DNA of 64,000 nt from positions 1 to 64,000 of the forward strand of contig JBKHIT010000004.1 in NCBI GenBank assembly GCA_046538485.1, written 5' to 3'. Source of the stretch: Candidatus Brocadiia bacterium (GTDB lineage Bacteria > Planctomycetota > Brocadiia > SM23-32). The notes beneath the pieces were generated by a model. The model was not told the DNA's origin, searched no databases, and was given only the letters and a program-made list of their open reading frames with translations. This document shows, piece after piece, positions 20,759 to 31,900 of the stretch. Position 1 is the stretch's first letter. Every line of letters starts with the position of its first letter. The translations under genes and the position numbers were made by a program.

Positions 20759-21721
20759 ATGATCTTATACCCCAGGAACGCTGGAGAAAAAGCGGGCTCA
20801 CCCGACGCGTTCACGCTCATTGAACTCCTCGTCGTTATCGCCATCATCGCGATCCTGGCAGCGATGCTCATGCCGGCGCTGGAACGGGCCCGTGAGGCTG
20901 CCCGACGAGCGGTCTGCTTGAACAAACAGCGTCAGATCTATCTGCAGGCCAATATGTATATCAACGATTTCGACGGCTGGTGCCCGCCGGGATCAAATGC
21001 CGCCAGCGGGTATCTCCGCGCCGATAACCACTGGTATCGGGCCCCGTACATCTTCGAGATCTGGAACGAAGAATATCTGGGGCTTGATGTCTACCCGCCC
21101 GATGGCCATGATCACGAGCGCTCCGATCAGCGTTTCCGGAAACACGAAGGGCTGATATGGTGTCCGAGTAGTAAACGCACACAGGAAGAAAACTGGATTC
21201 ACCACAACTCCTCAGTTGATCCATCCAAAGAGGCAATGCCATGGTCGACGGGCACCGACTACGCGATCGTTGGTGGCGCCGGATACCACACCAGCTCCAA
21301 AACCAGCACCGTCCCCTGTCCCGCTTTGTCCAGAAAAGCATGGCACAGCACCTCCGGCTTCCCCCGCCTTTTCTCCATGGACATCTGCAACTGGCAGGGC
21401 AATTTCAGCCAGTACCAGGTGCATCAGAAGGGCCGCTATCCGGACGGACTCAATATCATTAGTTGCAACGGCGCGGGCAAATGGCTTCCAACGGGCGAGT
21501 GTACCCTCTATGGCCCGGGTTCCTGGGGAAATCCCAACTGGCAATATATGTGCCGAACTTACAAGCTGATCCCGAAAGGTTACGAGTTCCCATACAATAT
21601 CAAGGATCATGACAATGACCTCTTGAAAGTAGCCAGAGATGGCCACGTTGCCAGCATCGGCGGGGGACTCGGCTCCGGGTGCGCGCCCCTGAGCGATTGG
21701 GGGTATATTGCTGATTGGTAA
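20759..21721 (+). CDS. Prepilin-type N-terminal cleavage/methylation protein (DUF1559-like), copy 1
   Basis: [38 protein letters not shown]-terminal H-x14-NG. Confidence 0.9.
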   Translation: MILYPRNAGEKAGSPDAFTLIELLVVIAIIAILAAMLMPALERAREAARRAVCLNKQRQIYLQANMYINDFDGWCPPGSNAASGYLRADNHWYRAPYIFEIWNEEYLGLDVYPPDGHDHERSDQRFRKHEGLIWCPSSKRTQEENWIHHNSSVDPSKEAMPWSTGTDYAIVGGAGYHTSSKTSTVPCPALSRKAWHSTSGFPRLFSMDICNWQGNFSQYQVHQKGRYPDGLNIISCNGAGKWLPTGECTLYGPGSWGNPNWQYMCRTYKLIPKGYEFPYNIKDHDNDLLKVARDGHVASIGGGLGSGCAPLSDWGYIADW

Positions 21722-21918
21722 ACTTTTTCTGATTTAAGAAAGCGGCGACTTTAAAAATCGTCACATGGACGGAGCCGTATTCAGCCTTCGTTTTTTGCTC
21801 GAGAAGTGCTTTGAACGGTTTCCCGTGAAAATAGCCGTGCGTTTTGACAATCACCTGTTCAGATTCTGTATAAAATTCGGACTGGCTTTGTTCGCCGACT
21901 GGCGTCATCGTGAAAAAC

Positions 21919-21964
21919 ATAAACAGTCCCCCAGACTGATGAACCGAAAAGGAGTTATATAATG
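21919..21964 (+). repeat. Conserved 5' leader/RBS, copy 1 (second copy 23020-23065)
   Basis: ATAAACAGTCCCCCAGACTGA(T/C)GAACCGAAAAGGAGTTATATAATG, with one mismatch between the copies. Confidence 0.9.
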
Positions 21965-22876
21965 AGGCAGAGCATCGGTTATAAGAAAGTTGGCTTCACG
22001 CTGATCGAACTCCTGGTTGTGATCGCCATCATCGCGATCCTGGCCGCGATGCTGATGCCGGCGCTGGAACGGGCGCGTGATGCTGCCATGGCAGTCGCCT
22101 GCAAGAACAACCTGAAACAAATCGGACTTGGCAACATGATGTACGTAAACGATTACGGTGGTTTTCTCCCAGGCCCTCAATGCGTTGACCCCGGCAGCGG
22201 AGAAGTCGTTGATGGTGGAAGCCATTGGGACGGCGTCCGCTGGCCGCATGTGCTATCGCGTTATGGAATAAGTGGAGGCATTTTCACGTGTTCGGCAGTC
22301 GACCCTGATTCTATAGGAAGATACGACAGCATGTGCCCCGATCTTCCCGGATTTGATAATGCCCCCGAATACAATACCTATACGTGGAATGGGGCTTCTT
22401 CTGATATCTGGAACACTGCCTATGAGGGTTATTATGCGCCCGGTCAGAGCCACCTTAATCGTCCGACCGGATACGTACAATCCGAAACGGGCATGGGTGC
22501 GTTGCCGCATGAGGATGCGACCTGGGGGCCTGCCCTGAGAAAAGTTACTGCCTCCCGGTCGATGATGGTCATGGACCAGACCCAGTTTGGCGGCTGGGGT
22601 GGCAATATTGGCCATATCTACACCACCAGAATGTCTGACATGCGGGAACTGTCCACGGGTATGCCGAACTGTTGGATTAACCTCGGCGTGCCGGGTTTTA
22701 CCTGCACGGAGTGGGTGGCCTCTGATGGATCTTGGATTGATGGGAGGAAAAGCCCTCTTCACGGGCAGGGCTACAACGCCCTCTTCGGCGATGGACACGT
22801 GGACGGTATGACCGCGGGAGAAACCACCCTCCGTGAATGGGCGGCCGTCAACGGAGACCTCGTGGAAAAACGTTAA
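21962..22876 (+). CDS. Prepilin-type N-terminal cleavage/methylation protein (DUF1559-like, H-X9-DG), copy 2
   Basis: [37 protein letters not shown], terminal [14 protein letters not shown]. Confidence 0.92.
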   Translation: MRQSIGYKKVGFTLIELLVVIAIIAILAAMLMPALERARDAAMAVACKNNLKQIGLGNMMYVNDYGGFLPGPQCVDPGSGEVVDGGSHWDGVRWPHVLSRYGISGGIFTCSAVDPDSIGRYDSMCPDLPGFDNAPEYNTYTWNGASSDIWNTAYEGYYAPGQSHLNRPTGYVQSETGMGALPHEDATWGPALRKVTASRSMMVMDQTQFGGWGGNIGHIYTTRMSDMRELSTGMPNCWINLGVPGFTCTEWVASDGSWIDGRKSPLHGQGYNALFGDGHVDGMTAGETTLREWAAVNGDLVEKR

Positions 22877-23019
22877 GGGAGGAGCGAGCATCTGGCCGAG
22901 CTTTTCGTTCGACAAGGAAAAAGCCGCAGCTTGCTTTGTCCGTATTTAAAGCGAATTAGTGTTCGGAGGACGAACCGTGACGTGCTTGAGCTGTTGCGGC
23001 CACTGGCACCATGAAAAGG

Positions 23020-23065
23020 ATAAACAGTCCCCCAGACTGACGAACCGAAAAGGAGTTATATAATG
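23020..23065 (+). repeat. Conserved 5' leader/RBS, copy 2
   Basis: Near-identical to 21919-21964. Confidence 0.9.
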
Positions 23066-23956
23066 ACGCAAAAAATGGGGTATAAAACGGTTGGGTTCAC
23101 GCTGATCGAACTCCTGGTTGTCATCGCCATCATCGCCATCCTGGCGGCGATGCTGATGCCGGCGCTGGAACGGGCGCGGGAAGCCGCCCGCCGCGCGGTT
23201 TGCATGACCAACCAGAAGCAGATACACCTGGGCGGAACGATGTATGCCAACGACTGGAACGGGCTACTTCCTGGCGGAGGCTACGACTGGTACCGCAACC
23301 TCGTCGGCGAACGGAACCGCGGCAATGTCATCTTCTTTTTCAGCGATTACCTGTCCGTTCCCATCGTCGGCAATCCTGATCCTCAAAGTATCCAGCCGGG
23401 CAACTCCTACAGCCTCGCAACCCGAAATTGCGTCGTTTACTGCCCGAGCAATCGAGGTAACCGGCCCCGCTCCAACAAATACGCAAGTTCCGAATGGAGC
23501 CCGGACATGATGCTGCGGGGTTTTGGCACAGTGGACGGCCAGGACTGGTGGTTGGGATTCGGATATCCCTCGCTGGGCAAGATGGCTCGTTCCCGAAACG
23601 GATACAAGAAGACGTTGATTCAGGACATGATTTATCTACAGGAGTGCCCGTCTTTCCCCGATTATTACGAAAGGTACAATAACCACTGGCAGGGTGGCGA
23701 ACCAGCGGGAGGTAATGTTGCCACAGCGGACGGCGGGGTCAAATGGGTCCCCGCCAGTGAATTTGTGCCCCATAGCGATTCCAATGCTCGGGACCACCCT
23801 GCGAATTACTGGAATATCCACTTCGGTTATCATAAGGCCGCGCTCGGAAAACCGCCCCCCACTATTCGCGTCCGTGTCCCGCCAAGTGGAAGCTATTCGC
23901 ATACCTCAAATATTGGGATTATGGGCTACAGCTCAAGTAATGTTCTTCCCCCCTGA
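23063..23956 (+). CDS. Prepilin-type N-terminal cleavage/methylation protein (DUF1559-like), copy 3
   Basis: [42 protein letters not shown]-x14-DG ([17 protein letters not shown]). Confidence 0.9.
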   Translation: MTQKMGYKTVGFTLIELLVVIAIIAILAAMLMPALERAREAARRAVCMTNQKQIHLGGTMYANDWNGLLPGGGYDWYRNLVGERNRGNVIFFFSDYLSVPIVGNPDPQSIQPGNSYSLATRNCVVYCPSNRGNRPRSNKYASSEWSPDMMLRGFGTVDGQDWWLGFGYPSLGKMARSRNGYKKTLIQDMIYLQECPSFPDYYERYNNHWQGGEPAGGNVATADGGVKWVPASEFVPHSDSNARDHPANYWNIHFGYHKAALGKPPPTIRVRVPPSGSYSHTSNIGIMGYSSSNVLPP

Positions 23957-24001
23957 TCAACCCACGACGGCAGATCAGAACATAATTTTCGGGAGTGCAC
24001 A

Positions 24002-27000
24002 ATGAAACGTTTATTTGTTGTCTTCGTATCTGTAACATTTGTTTTGTTTGCCCGTCTGCCGGGTGCAGCTTCTGCAGAAAGAAAACCCTCGATCATTGAG
24101 AGTGCCGCCGCTCAAACAGCCGTCCTTGATCCTGCCAGCTGGGGCAAGACGTTACCGGATGAGCGATACTTCGATGCCATACGTCCGATGCTGATGCGGT
24201 TCCCCGGACTGGCGGAAAAAGCTTACAAAAAACTCCAGAAGGGATACGAGATTGAAAAAGCGGAGCTCGTCCTCACCTGGGAAAAGCAGGAGAAAGCAAA
24301 ACCACAGCGTGGTCGCCGCGGCTGGGGATCGGAAAAAGCATACAATAAAAATCCCGGACGCTGGCACGCCGTCGCCTATCCCCTGCTCCGATCATGGAGC
24401 CTGAAACCCCAAGGACCCACCGCCGACGCCTACGTCAACGAGCTGGCGTACTGGGCCCGCGGGGTGGCCCGGGGCGATGGGGATGACCGGGCACGTAAGA
24501 GGTTTGGACCGGCCCCACTCCATTCAAAGAACAAAGTGGCGCGCCTGGACGTGACGGCCACCCTGAAATCGGATATGTGGGGCGATAACGTCGGCGAACG
24601 GCTGCGTTCTGTGGAACAGCGAGGTTTTCAGGTCCTCAAAGACGAACTGTATGATCTCAAATATGGGAACCAGGGAGGTCATTGGTTCAGCGTATATGGC
24701 TGGAAACCGTGCACGGGTTATATGCGCATCTGGGTGGAGGAGCCGCGTCTGGTCCTGACCCTGCGTAAAGGCAACGCCCCCGACTGGCAACTGCCCGATC
24801 CCATCGACTACACGCGCCGCGCAAAGAAACTACAAAAAGATCCCCGCGGTGAGTCGCACATGGCACCGCCGGAGAACTGGAAAGAACTGGCCAGTCGATT
24901 CACCGAGAAGCCCGCTGATATGCCCGCCTGGCAGTGGAAACGCATCCAGCAGCTTCACCGGCTGGGAGGATGGAATCTTGGTGGCCGGCTCAACGCCGCC
25001 CCCCTCCTGTCGCTGGAGAAGGAAACCTACCAGAACGGCTTGAAAAACGTGCTGGCCGCACCACCGCGGTACTGGTACGGGCATCTGACGTCGAGCTGGG
25101 CGCTGTTGCCCAACGCGTTCGGTGAACTTTTGCCGGATCTGGCCCACGACCATCTGAAACTCTACTGGACGGCCTGGCTCCATCCCGAGACCAAATGGAC
25201 GGAAAACCCCCGCAAGCGGTCCTATTTTCGCCAGTATAGCTGGAGCCTGGGAACGCAGAACTTCACCTACAACGCCACCGCTGGATGCTATCTGGGCGGA
25301 CAGGTGATCGATTCGGAGTATGCCCTTCGCGATGCTCGATACGGCGTGGAAAACCTGATGCTTCGCGGGTTCGGGTTCTACAACGGCGCCAACCAGGAGG
25401 TCGGCGATACGTATTACCAGGCGCTGTCGAACGCAGGTGCCAAGATGGTGGCCGACTACGCGGAAGATGAGCTGGGGAGCCTGATGGCGCAGTGCACCAG
25501 CGACAAACTCACAGAGCAGCTCGTCTCGATGTATCATCCCGGCCTGCGCCGCATGACGCATCCGATGGGACGTGGCGAGATGAAATACCAGTGCGCTTAC
25601 CAGGATGGACCCTACTTCGCCGTGCATACGTTGTCCCGCTCCGGTGCACTCACAAATTTGCAGGCCGGTTATAAGGCGAAATCTTATAGACACGTCAAAC
25701 GTTACAATGTCCCCATTTTTGGAAAAGAAGGTCCGCCGGCACGCATGGCTCTGCTGGCCCCGTGGGCCGAGCAGTACTGGGCCAACGTCGTGGACGGCAA
25801 AGAGTTACCGTGGCAGGTGACCGCCCGCGACTGGGATTTCCACGTGGACAGGGGCCCCTCCCACTGGCACGTGAATTATCTGGCTGAGAACTACAGCCTG
25901 GCCTCCCGGAGCGACGGAGGAGTGACCCCCGTCACCGCCCAGTGGCGGCGTCAGGCGGAGAAAGTCGAGCAAATGCAGCAGGTGTCCACGCTGCAGTTGA
26001 GTTTCGGCACGAATGGCCGCATGTATCAGATGATGAATCCATATGGAATTCTGCAGGACAAAAATCGTCTTATGGCGATCAAAGCCCTGTCCCCCAAAAA
26101 GAAGATGAAAGCACCACCCAATCCCGATTACGGCGGCGGGTGGCGCACGAAGGAAAAAGGACGGGGTGGAACCAGCTACAACGCCATCCATACGACGGCC
26201 GCCATCATTGTGTTCGGCGACGTGTCGAAGCGGGAAGTCTGGGTCAATGACCGGAAAATCAACAAACTTTCCGGCAATGCATCGCCCCGAAAAGGACACG
26301 ATTACCAATGGGAACGCCATCTCCGCACGACAGGAGAAAACTCCGTCTACGTGGATGAAAGAAGCGTAATCACCATCAAAGACGGGGTGACGTATGTCGC
26401 ACTGATCCCGTTTGCCCTCAACCCGATGGAATGCGATCAGGAAGTAGAGATCGCCTACGAATGGCCGACTCTGTTTGTGCACTCTTTTCTGTATCGCAGC
26501 CAGGACCCCCTGGATCTGAACGAGTGGTATGAGCAGGAAGGGGCGGATCGGGCAACTTCGGGATTCGTGCTCGAAATGGCGGACCAGTCCGATTACGACT
26601 CGTTCGAGGATTTTCGCAAACATATGCTCGAGGCGAACCTGTCCGATAAGTGGGACGCCAAAGCGCAGACCAACCACGTCGAGTACCGAAGCGGCGACGA
26701 TACCCTGGCGATGGGATTCTATCCCTGGTATCAGGTCAGGAAAAACGCGGACCTGCTCGAGCATCCGACCTACCTCCGGGTCAACGGCGAGGAGGCATAT
26801 CTTAAACCCGGCATCATTCGCGAGTCACCCTGGAGCATACTGGGACGCACGGGCCGACTGGAGAAAAACGGTGCCGTTCTGGAAAGTGAAGCCGAATCCC
26901 GCACCTATCTTCTGTGCGATCCGAAAAGCGGCATCGCCAGTGCATACAATCCCGTCCCCGATCCCAAATTCATGCGGCTGATGATGCCCGACGGGCAGAT

Positions 27001-27907
27001 GGTCAGCGCGAATGGACGTCTTGGACTGACCCGCATAACCGTGGATCCGCGGAACGAACGAGTTAAAGTGCGTTACGCACTGAAAGATAAGCAGAAAGGG
27101 CACCCCGACATAGCATCCGCGCTGATGCTGTCAGGCTTTGACGATAAACCGGATGTCACTCTGAACGGTGCGACCGTGGGTAATCTGAGAACCTTCACCG
27201 TGGATGTTGCCACCGCATATGGACTGCCGCTGCGTGACAATGCGGATATGGCGAACCTGCCCGACGAAGTGGCCCGCGCCAATGAACTCTGGAAACAGGT
27301 CGAAGAATCGAACGCGCGAAGCACCTATTTTCGCGATTGGCACGTGGTGGGGCCGTTTGACGCCGGATCGTATGCGCAGGAGAACTTCCAGCTCGAAAAG
27401 TGCGGGCCGGAGGAAGGGTATGATCCGGACGCCACCTATGAGGGCGTGAGACCGGGTGACAGGGGCACGAAACCGACCCGGGTGCGCTGGAAACCGGCCC
27501 TGGAAGACGGCGAAGACGCGCTGTCGGCGAAGCCACTCGACCTGATGAAACTGTTCCGGCCGAACAAAGGCGTGATGGCGTATGCCACCGCGACGATCGT
27601 GAGTGACCGGGACCGGCGCGTGAAAGTGCTGGCCGGGAGCGACGAGCGGCTGGGAGTCTGGGTCAACGGTGAAAGAGTTATCTATAACCGGGGATGGCGC
27701 ATGTGCTACCGCGACCAAAACCGCGCATTTGCAAATCTAAAGGAAGGCGAGAACAAGGTGTTGATCAAACTCAGCCACGGATATGAGTCATGGCGTCTGT
27801 ATTTTCGCCTGGCCGATGAAAATGGGCTGCCAATTGACGATGGGGTGGTTTACCGTGGAGCGCACGGGGATGTGCCGGTGGGGGGACGTGGTAAACACAC
27901 GGACTGA
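24002..27907 (+). CDS. Large secreted hypothetical protein (1301 aa), possibly carbohydrate-active; paralogue of 28934-33112
   Basis: Signal peptide (..GAASA|E), Trp/Tyr-rich core, C-terminal beta-sandwich-like module (WHVVGPF...AYA..I.S...GSDE..VWVNG...L.EGEN.VL.K). Confidence 0.8.
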   Translation: MKRLFVVFVSVTFVLFARLPGAASAERKPSIIESAAAQTAVLDPASWGKTLPDERYFDAIRPMLMRFPGLAEKAYKKLQKGYEIEKAELVLTWEKQEKAKPQRGRRGWGSEKAYNKNPGRWHAVAYPLLRSWSLKPQGPTADAYVNELAYWARGVARGDGDDRARKRFGPAPLHSKNKVARLDVTATLKSDMWGDNVGERLRSVEQRGFQVLKDELYDLKYGNQGGHWFSVYGWKPCTGYMRIWVEEPRLVLTLRKGNAPDWQLPDPIDYTRRAKKLQKDPRGESHMAPPENWKELASRFTEKPADMPAWQWKRIQQLHRLGGWNLGGRLNAAPLLSLEKETYQNGLKNVLAAPPRYWYGHLTSSWALLPNAFGELLPDLAHDHLKLYWTAWLHPETKWTENPRKRSYFRQYSWSLGTQNFTYNATAGCYLGGQVIDSEYALRDARYGVENLMLRGFGFYNGANQEVGDTYYQALSNAGAKMVADYAEDELGSLMAQCTSDKLTEQLVSMYHPGLRRMTHPMGRGEMKYQCAYQDGPYFAVHTLSRSGALTNLQAGYKAKSYRHVKRYNVPIFGKEGPPARMALLAPWAEQYWANVVDGKELPWQVTARDWDFHVDRGPSHWHVNYLAENYSLASRSDGGVTPVTAQWRRQAEKVEQMQQVSTLQLSFGTNGRMYQMMNPYGILQDKNRLMAIKALSPKKKMKAPPNPDYGGGWRTKEKGRGGTSYNAIHTTAAIIVFGDVSKREVWVNDRKINKLSGNASPRKGHDYQWERHLRTTGENSVYVDERSVITIKDGVTYVALIPFALNPMECDQEVEIAYEWPTLFVHSFLYRSQDPLDLNEWYEQEGADRATSGFVLEMADQSDYDSFEDFRKHMLEANLSDKWDAKAQTNHVEYRSGDDTLAMGFYPWYQVRKNADLLEHPTYLRVNGEEAYLKPGIIRESPWSILGRTGRLEKNGAVLESEAESRTYLLCDPKSGIASAYNPVPDPKFMRLMMPDGQMVSANGRLGLTRITVDPRNERVKVRYALKDKQKGHPDIASALMLSGFDDKPDVTLNGATVGNLRTFTVDVATAYGLPLRDNADMANLPDEVARANELWKQVEESNARSTYFRDWHVVGPFDAGSYAQENFQLEKCGPEEGYDPDATYEGVRPGDRGTKPTRVRWKPALEDGEDALSAKPLDLMKLFRPNKGVMAYATATIVSDRDRRVKVLAGSDERLGVWVNGERVIYNRGWRMCYRDQNRAFANLKEGENKVLIKLSHGYESWRLYFRLADENGLPIDDGVVYRGAHGDVPVGGRGKHTD

Positions 27908-28057
27908 CACGGACGGACACGGAGTGCATGGACGAGCACGGAGCACATGGACGAGCACAAAGAACACGGACAGACACGGACCAGCACGGACAAACGGCCC
28001 CGTGTCCAGAAGCCAGGCCGTTTCCTCCGTCCGTGTCCGTCCGTGTCTGTCCGTGTG
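27897..28057. repeat. 10-bp tandem repeat (ACACGGACNN) array with an inverted arm, forming a long hairpin
   Basis: ACACGGACTG ACACGGACGG ACACGGAGTG ... ACACGGACAG ACACGGACCA GCACGGACAA (27897-27993), then CCGTCCGTGT CCGTCCGTGT CTGTCCGTGT (28027-28056). Confidence 0.9.
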
Positions 28058-28083
28058 AAACCAACGCCCTTAACACAACCCAA

Positions 28084-28770
28084 TCACTCTTCATCACGCT
28101 CCTTCTTTCGAATCCGATACATCCGTTCTGTGAAGCCGCCGTTTTCTTTGAAAGCCCGAGCCTGAGCCGCCAATTGACGCTGCAAGAAGTAGCAGCACAG
28201 ATTCAGCAGAGAAAGCGCACCGTTAGCGGCTATGGCTGAGTATGGCACGGACCCACACGGACTTTCACGGACGGGACGGCCTGTGGAAGATGCGGCACCC
28301 TGGCATGCCGTGCCCCCGCCGTCGTCCGTGTCCGTCCGTGCCGGTCCGTGTGCCTTTCCGTGCATCTTATCATGTTCATCCCGCACCCAATCCTGCATCT
28401 CTTCAAGACTCGAAACCCGTCGTTCCTTGAACCGCTCAAGTGCGGGATGATGGGGCTCCCAGCAGGGCAAATTTCTCTGCCGGAGATAATCCTCATAATC
28501 GCAACGCAGTTCCTCCAGACTTGCCCGGGCGATATTGGTCAGTTTCAACTCAATTTTGGCCGACGTGCCCGACGCTTTGCTACCTTCGGCGATGTTCTGA
28601 ACGCCGGATCGTGCAGCCTGGACCATTTGATCATGGGTACGACTCCGTTCGTCAATGTAAAGATTGCAGAACCGAACGGTGGTATCGTAAATCAACCGTG
28701 CGATCCGAAAACTTTTCAGATTTCTAAAACCACCATGTTCGGGGATCAGAGATTCTCCCTGTCCGCTCAT
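28084..28770 (-). CDS. Four-helix-bundle protein (23S rRNA IVS / bAvd-like fold) with four-helix-bundle suffix domain
   Basis: GGFRNLKSF..A..IYD.T..FC, RTHDQMVQAARSGVQNIAEGS, LTNIARASLEEL..DYEDYLRQR, C-terminal AAN..L.L...C.Y.L.RQ......F...GGFTERMYR.R; GGAG RBS. Confidence 0.88.
   Translation of the reverse strand: MSGQGESLIPEHGGFRNLKSFRIARLIYDTTVRFCNLYIDERSRTHDQMVQAARSGVQNIAEGSKASGTSAKIELKLTNIARASLEELRCDYEDYLRQRNLPCWEPHHPALERFKERRVSSLEEMQDWVRDEHDKMHGKAHGPARTDTDDGGGTACQGAASSTGRPVRESPCGSVPYSAIAANGALSLLNLCCYFLQRQLAAQARAFKENGGFTERMYRIRKKERDEE
28245..28363. repeat. Second CACGGAC decamer inverted-repeat element, in frame inside the four-helix-bundle gene
   Basis: GCACGGACCC ACACGGACTT TCACGGACGG GACGG (28245-28279) versus CCGTC GTCCGTGTCC GTCCGTGCCG GTCCGTGTGC (28319-28353). 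Confidence 0.85.
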
Positions 28771-28933
28771 GAAAAACTCCTGTCACTATTGAATTACTGA
28801 AGGTGCTCGCTCCCCTGCGAGACACCAGGCCATCTTTGTCGTCCGCTTTTGGAAATTTTCCCCTGTTTGATAGGTTACAATCGTTGGCGCTTTTTCGCAA
28901 CGTTTTCTCTCGCACACAACCCGGAGAAAAAGA

Positions 28934-31900
28934 ATGCATACCCGAAAAAACCGCTGTTTTTTTGTGATCATCTGTCTTGCAATTGCCGTGACTGCCGCTG
29001 ATGCCGGTGAAACGACTGGAGATCAGGACCGTTTGCTTCTGAAGGACGCCGAGACCGCTCTCATCAGCGGTTTTCGCGAGCAGTGGAACGAGCCGCAACC
29101 GGATAAACTGCTGTTCGACGGTGTGCATCGGAATTTGCTTGTCCGTTTTCCGAAAGCTGCCGAAAAAATTGCCGGCAAACTTAAGCAGGGCTACCGCATC
29201 AAAAAAGCCGAACTCCTGCTACCGTTTGATGGCACCGACTTCGGTAAAGGTCTGTACGAGCTCCGCACCAGTTTTGGAGGAGCGAAATTATACAAACAGC
29301 GCAAACCGCGCTGGCACGCGGTGGGATGGGCATTGAGAAAACCGTGGACGGCGGATTCCGAACTCGGCCCGACATTCAACGCATATATAGACGGCACGGG
29401 ATACTGGGAAAAATTCGGAGCTCAAAGCCCCCAAAACGACCGATTTGAAGAGCCGTTTGGGCCCGTCGAAGTGTCCTATTTCCAGGCCTGGCACAAACCG
29501 GACCCGGTGCTGGATAATAGCGAACTGGAAGAGACATCGCCTCTGAAGCGGTCTGCCGACAATATAGAAAAATCAGGCGTTACACCCGAACAACCCTTTG
29601 AACCTGATTCAGAAGCGAACGATCCTGAGGTCGAGCTCGACGAAAAAACCATCGATCCGGCGCGTATGGACGTCACAGCATCTCTAACCAATCCATCGTT
29701 CGGAAGATCGCTGGCGAAGCGTCTCCGACGTTTGAGCGATTGCGGATTCCTGCTCGAAAAGTGGGAAACCTACGACTGGCGCTATCGTGTGGCCGGTCAG
29801 GGAGCCTACGAATGGCAGGTTGCGGTGGGCGGCGGAGCTCTTCACATTCAAAAACCGTCCCTGGAAGTCACTTTCACTCAAAACGAAAACCCCGTCAAAA
29901 TCGATGTCCCTCCCCCGGTGGATATCCCCTCTCTGGCGAAAACTCTGAAAAAAGAAAACCGCGGCGGGCAGCCAACTGCTTCTATCCCGGGTGATGGTAA
30001 GCTTGACAACCTGATCGCCGCGCATCAAATCCAGCGGGCTGACTGGATGCCAGAGTGGCAGTGGAAGCGCGTTCAGGAATTAGACGACCTCGGCGGCGGC
30101 TACCGTATGCCGTCTTCCCGCAAAAAATATCTCCAGTGGATCGACGGGATGCTCAATGATCCGCCGCGCTACTGGAACGGATGGGATGTTCATGATCGCC
30201 TTTTGACCTATTTTCTTTACCGGAATGCACTCCCCCGGCCTGTTCGCGAACACTATTTCCACGACTACTGGAAAGCCTGGCTGATGTGCTGGATGGCCAC
30301 CGACAAACTGGAACACCCCCAGGCCGTCGAACTGCGCCACGATGGGGAGAACAAATATTACAACCGAACCGGCGATTGGCGCGGGAACGCCAGTTTTTAC
30401 CGTGATGGTTATTGCTACAACATGGGCACCATGAATTTCAATCACACCTCAGCTATGGGCGCCCTCCTGGCAGGCGGTTTTACAGATTGCCAGCGCGCCG
30501 TGCGCGACGGTCGTCATGGTCTTGAACAATGGCCCCTGCGCACCTGGTGCTGGTACGACGGATCCACCCAGGAATCCATCGACCACTACTATTTCGCCAT
30601 CACCCTGAGCGGACAGAAAATGTTCGCTGATTTCGGCCCGACCCATCTCGACCGGCTGATGGGAAAAAGCATCCTGGCAAAATCCGTCGGGGAGATCACA
30701 TCGGCATATCACCCCGCCCTGCGACACTTTATTGCATCCAGCGGACGCACGAACATGCAATACGTCCTTCTCACCCAGGATGGTCTGCAACACATTGTCC
30801 ATACCCTATCAAGAAAAGGATCTCTGCACGATGTGAACAACGACAATCTGCCCGATACTCTTCGCACTATCGGCCGTGATGTGCCCCCCGGTCGTGTGGC
30901 CCAGCAGGCCGCCACAGGCGCCTGGGCGCCCGCATGGGTAAGTAATATGGTCGACCAGAAACCAATCCCCTTTTCAATGACGTGCGCGTATAAAGAATGG
31001 GGCCATCACGCACGCAACCCGCTGTGGCGCCGGACCTACCTGGGCAAAAATTATGGGCTTGGCAGCACGGACCTCCACTGGGGAGTCGTGCAGGTACTCG
31101 GTCAGTGGCGGCGCGAGCCGGCGAAACCCGTAACGAAACTGCAGGAGATCGGGATTTTCACGATCCGCTGCGGCGTCAACGAAACCCGGCTGGTCAACAG
31201 CCATTCGGGTTGGATGCCCTCGGAAGGGAATCTCGCGGTGTTTCAGGAGAAGAACAAAATGATCGCGGTCGGAAGCCCCTACAGGATGGACCCGGACAAA
31301 ATGGGGGCCTATATCAACACAAAAACGGAAAAACCGAAGCAAGAGATCCGGTCTGGCGAGCCAGCAACAAAAAGTGCTGGGCCAGCCCTTAAGAGTCTCC
31401 AAACAACGGTCGGGTTTTTCAATTATCAGAAACCCCGGACGTGGCAAATTTACGTGAATGGTGAGCCCGTTTCGGAGCTGCCATTCACGGCTGAACACGG
31501 GCAGCGGATAACCATCCGGGATGGCGCCAGTTATATCGGTTTGATCCCGTTGCCGGGCGGACCTCCGGCCAGCACGAACAAAGTTGTTATCAAAGCCGGC
31601 AATGAACAGACCGGATATCCCAAGAAAATCAGAATCACCCCCGCCCTCGTCATTGACTCGTACAGCTATTTTGTATCGGGCGATGCAAAAAAAACCAACG
31701 CGGATAAGCTGGACGCCCTGATCAACGAAGACGTCAAAACAGAGAACGACAAAGGTCCCAATATGAATGCGCTGGATCATTCTTACAGCGGGTTCGTGGT
31801 GGAGATGGGCGACGAAACGGAATATGACTCTTTCGAAGATTTCCAACGACACTTCGCCGAAAGCGAGTTGAAAACCCGGTGGCAAAAAGAAACAAAGACC

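Noticed and set aside
21844..21874. Internal promoter TTGACA...TATAAA before pilin copy 2
   Set aside because: The spacer is 19 nt; plausible but too weak to call.
20759..28770. Diversity-generating retroelement (Avd-like gene near variable pilin genes)
   Set aside because: No reverse transcriptase in the window and no TR/VR pair differing at adenines; the shared pilin DNA is at the 5' end and differs at synonymous sites.
28884..28899. Sigma-54 promoter-like TTGGCGCTTTTTCGCA upstream of giant gene 2
   Set aside because: GG-to-GC spacing is 9 nt rather than the required 10.
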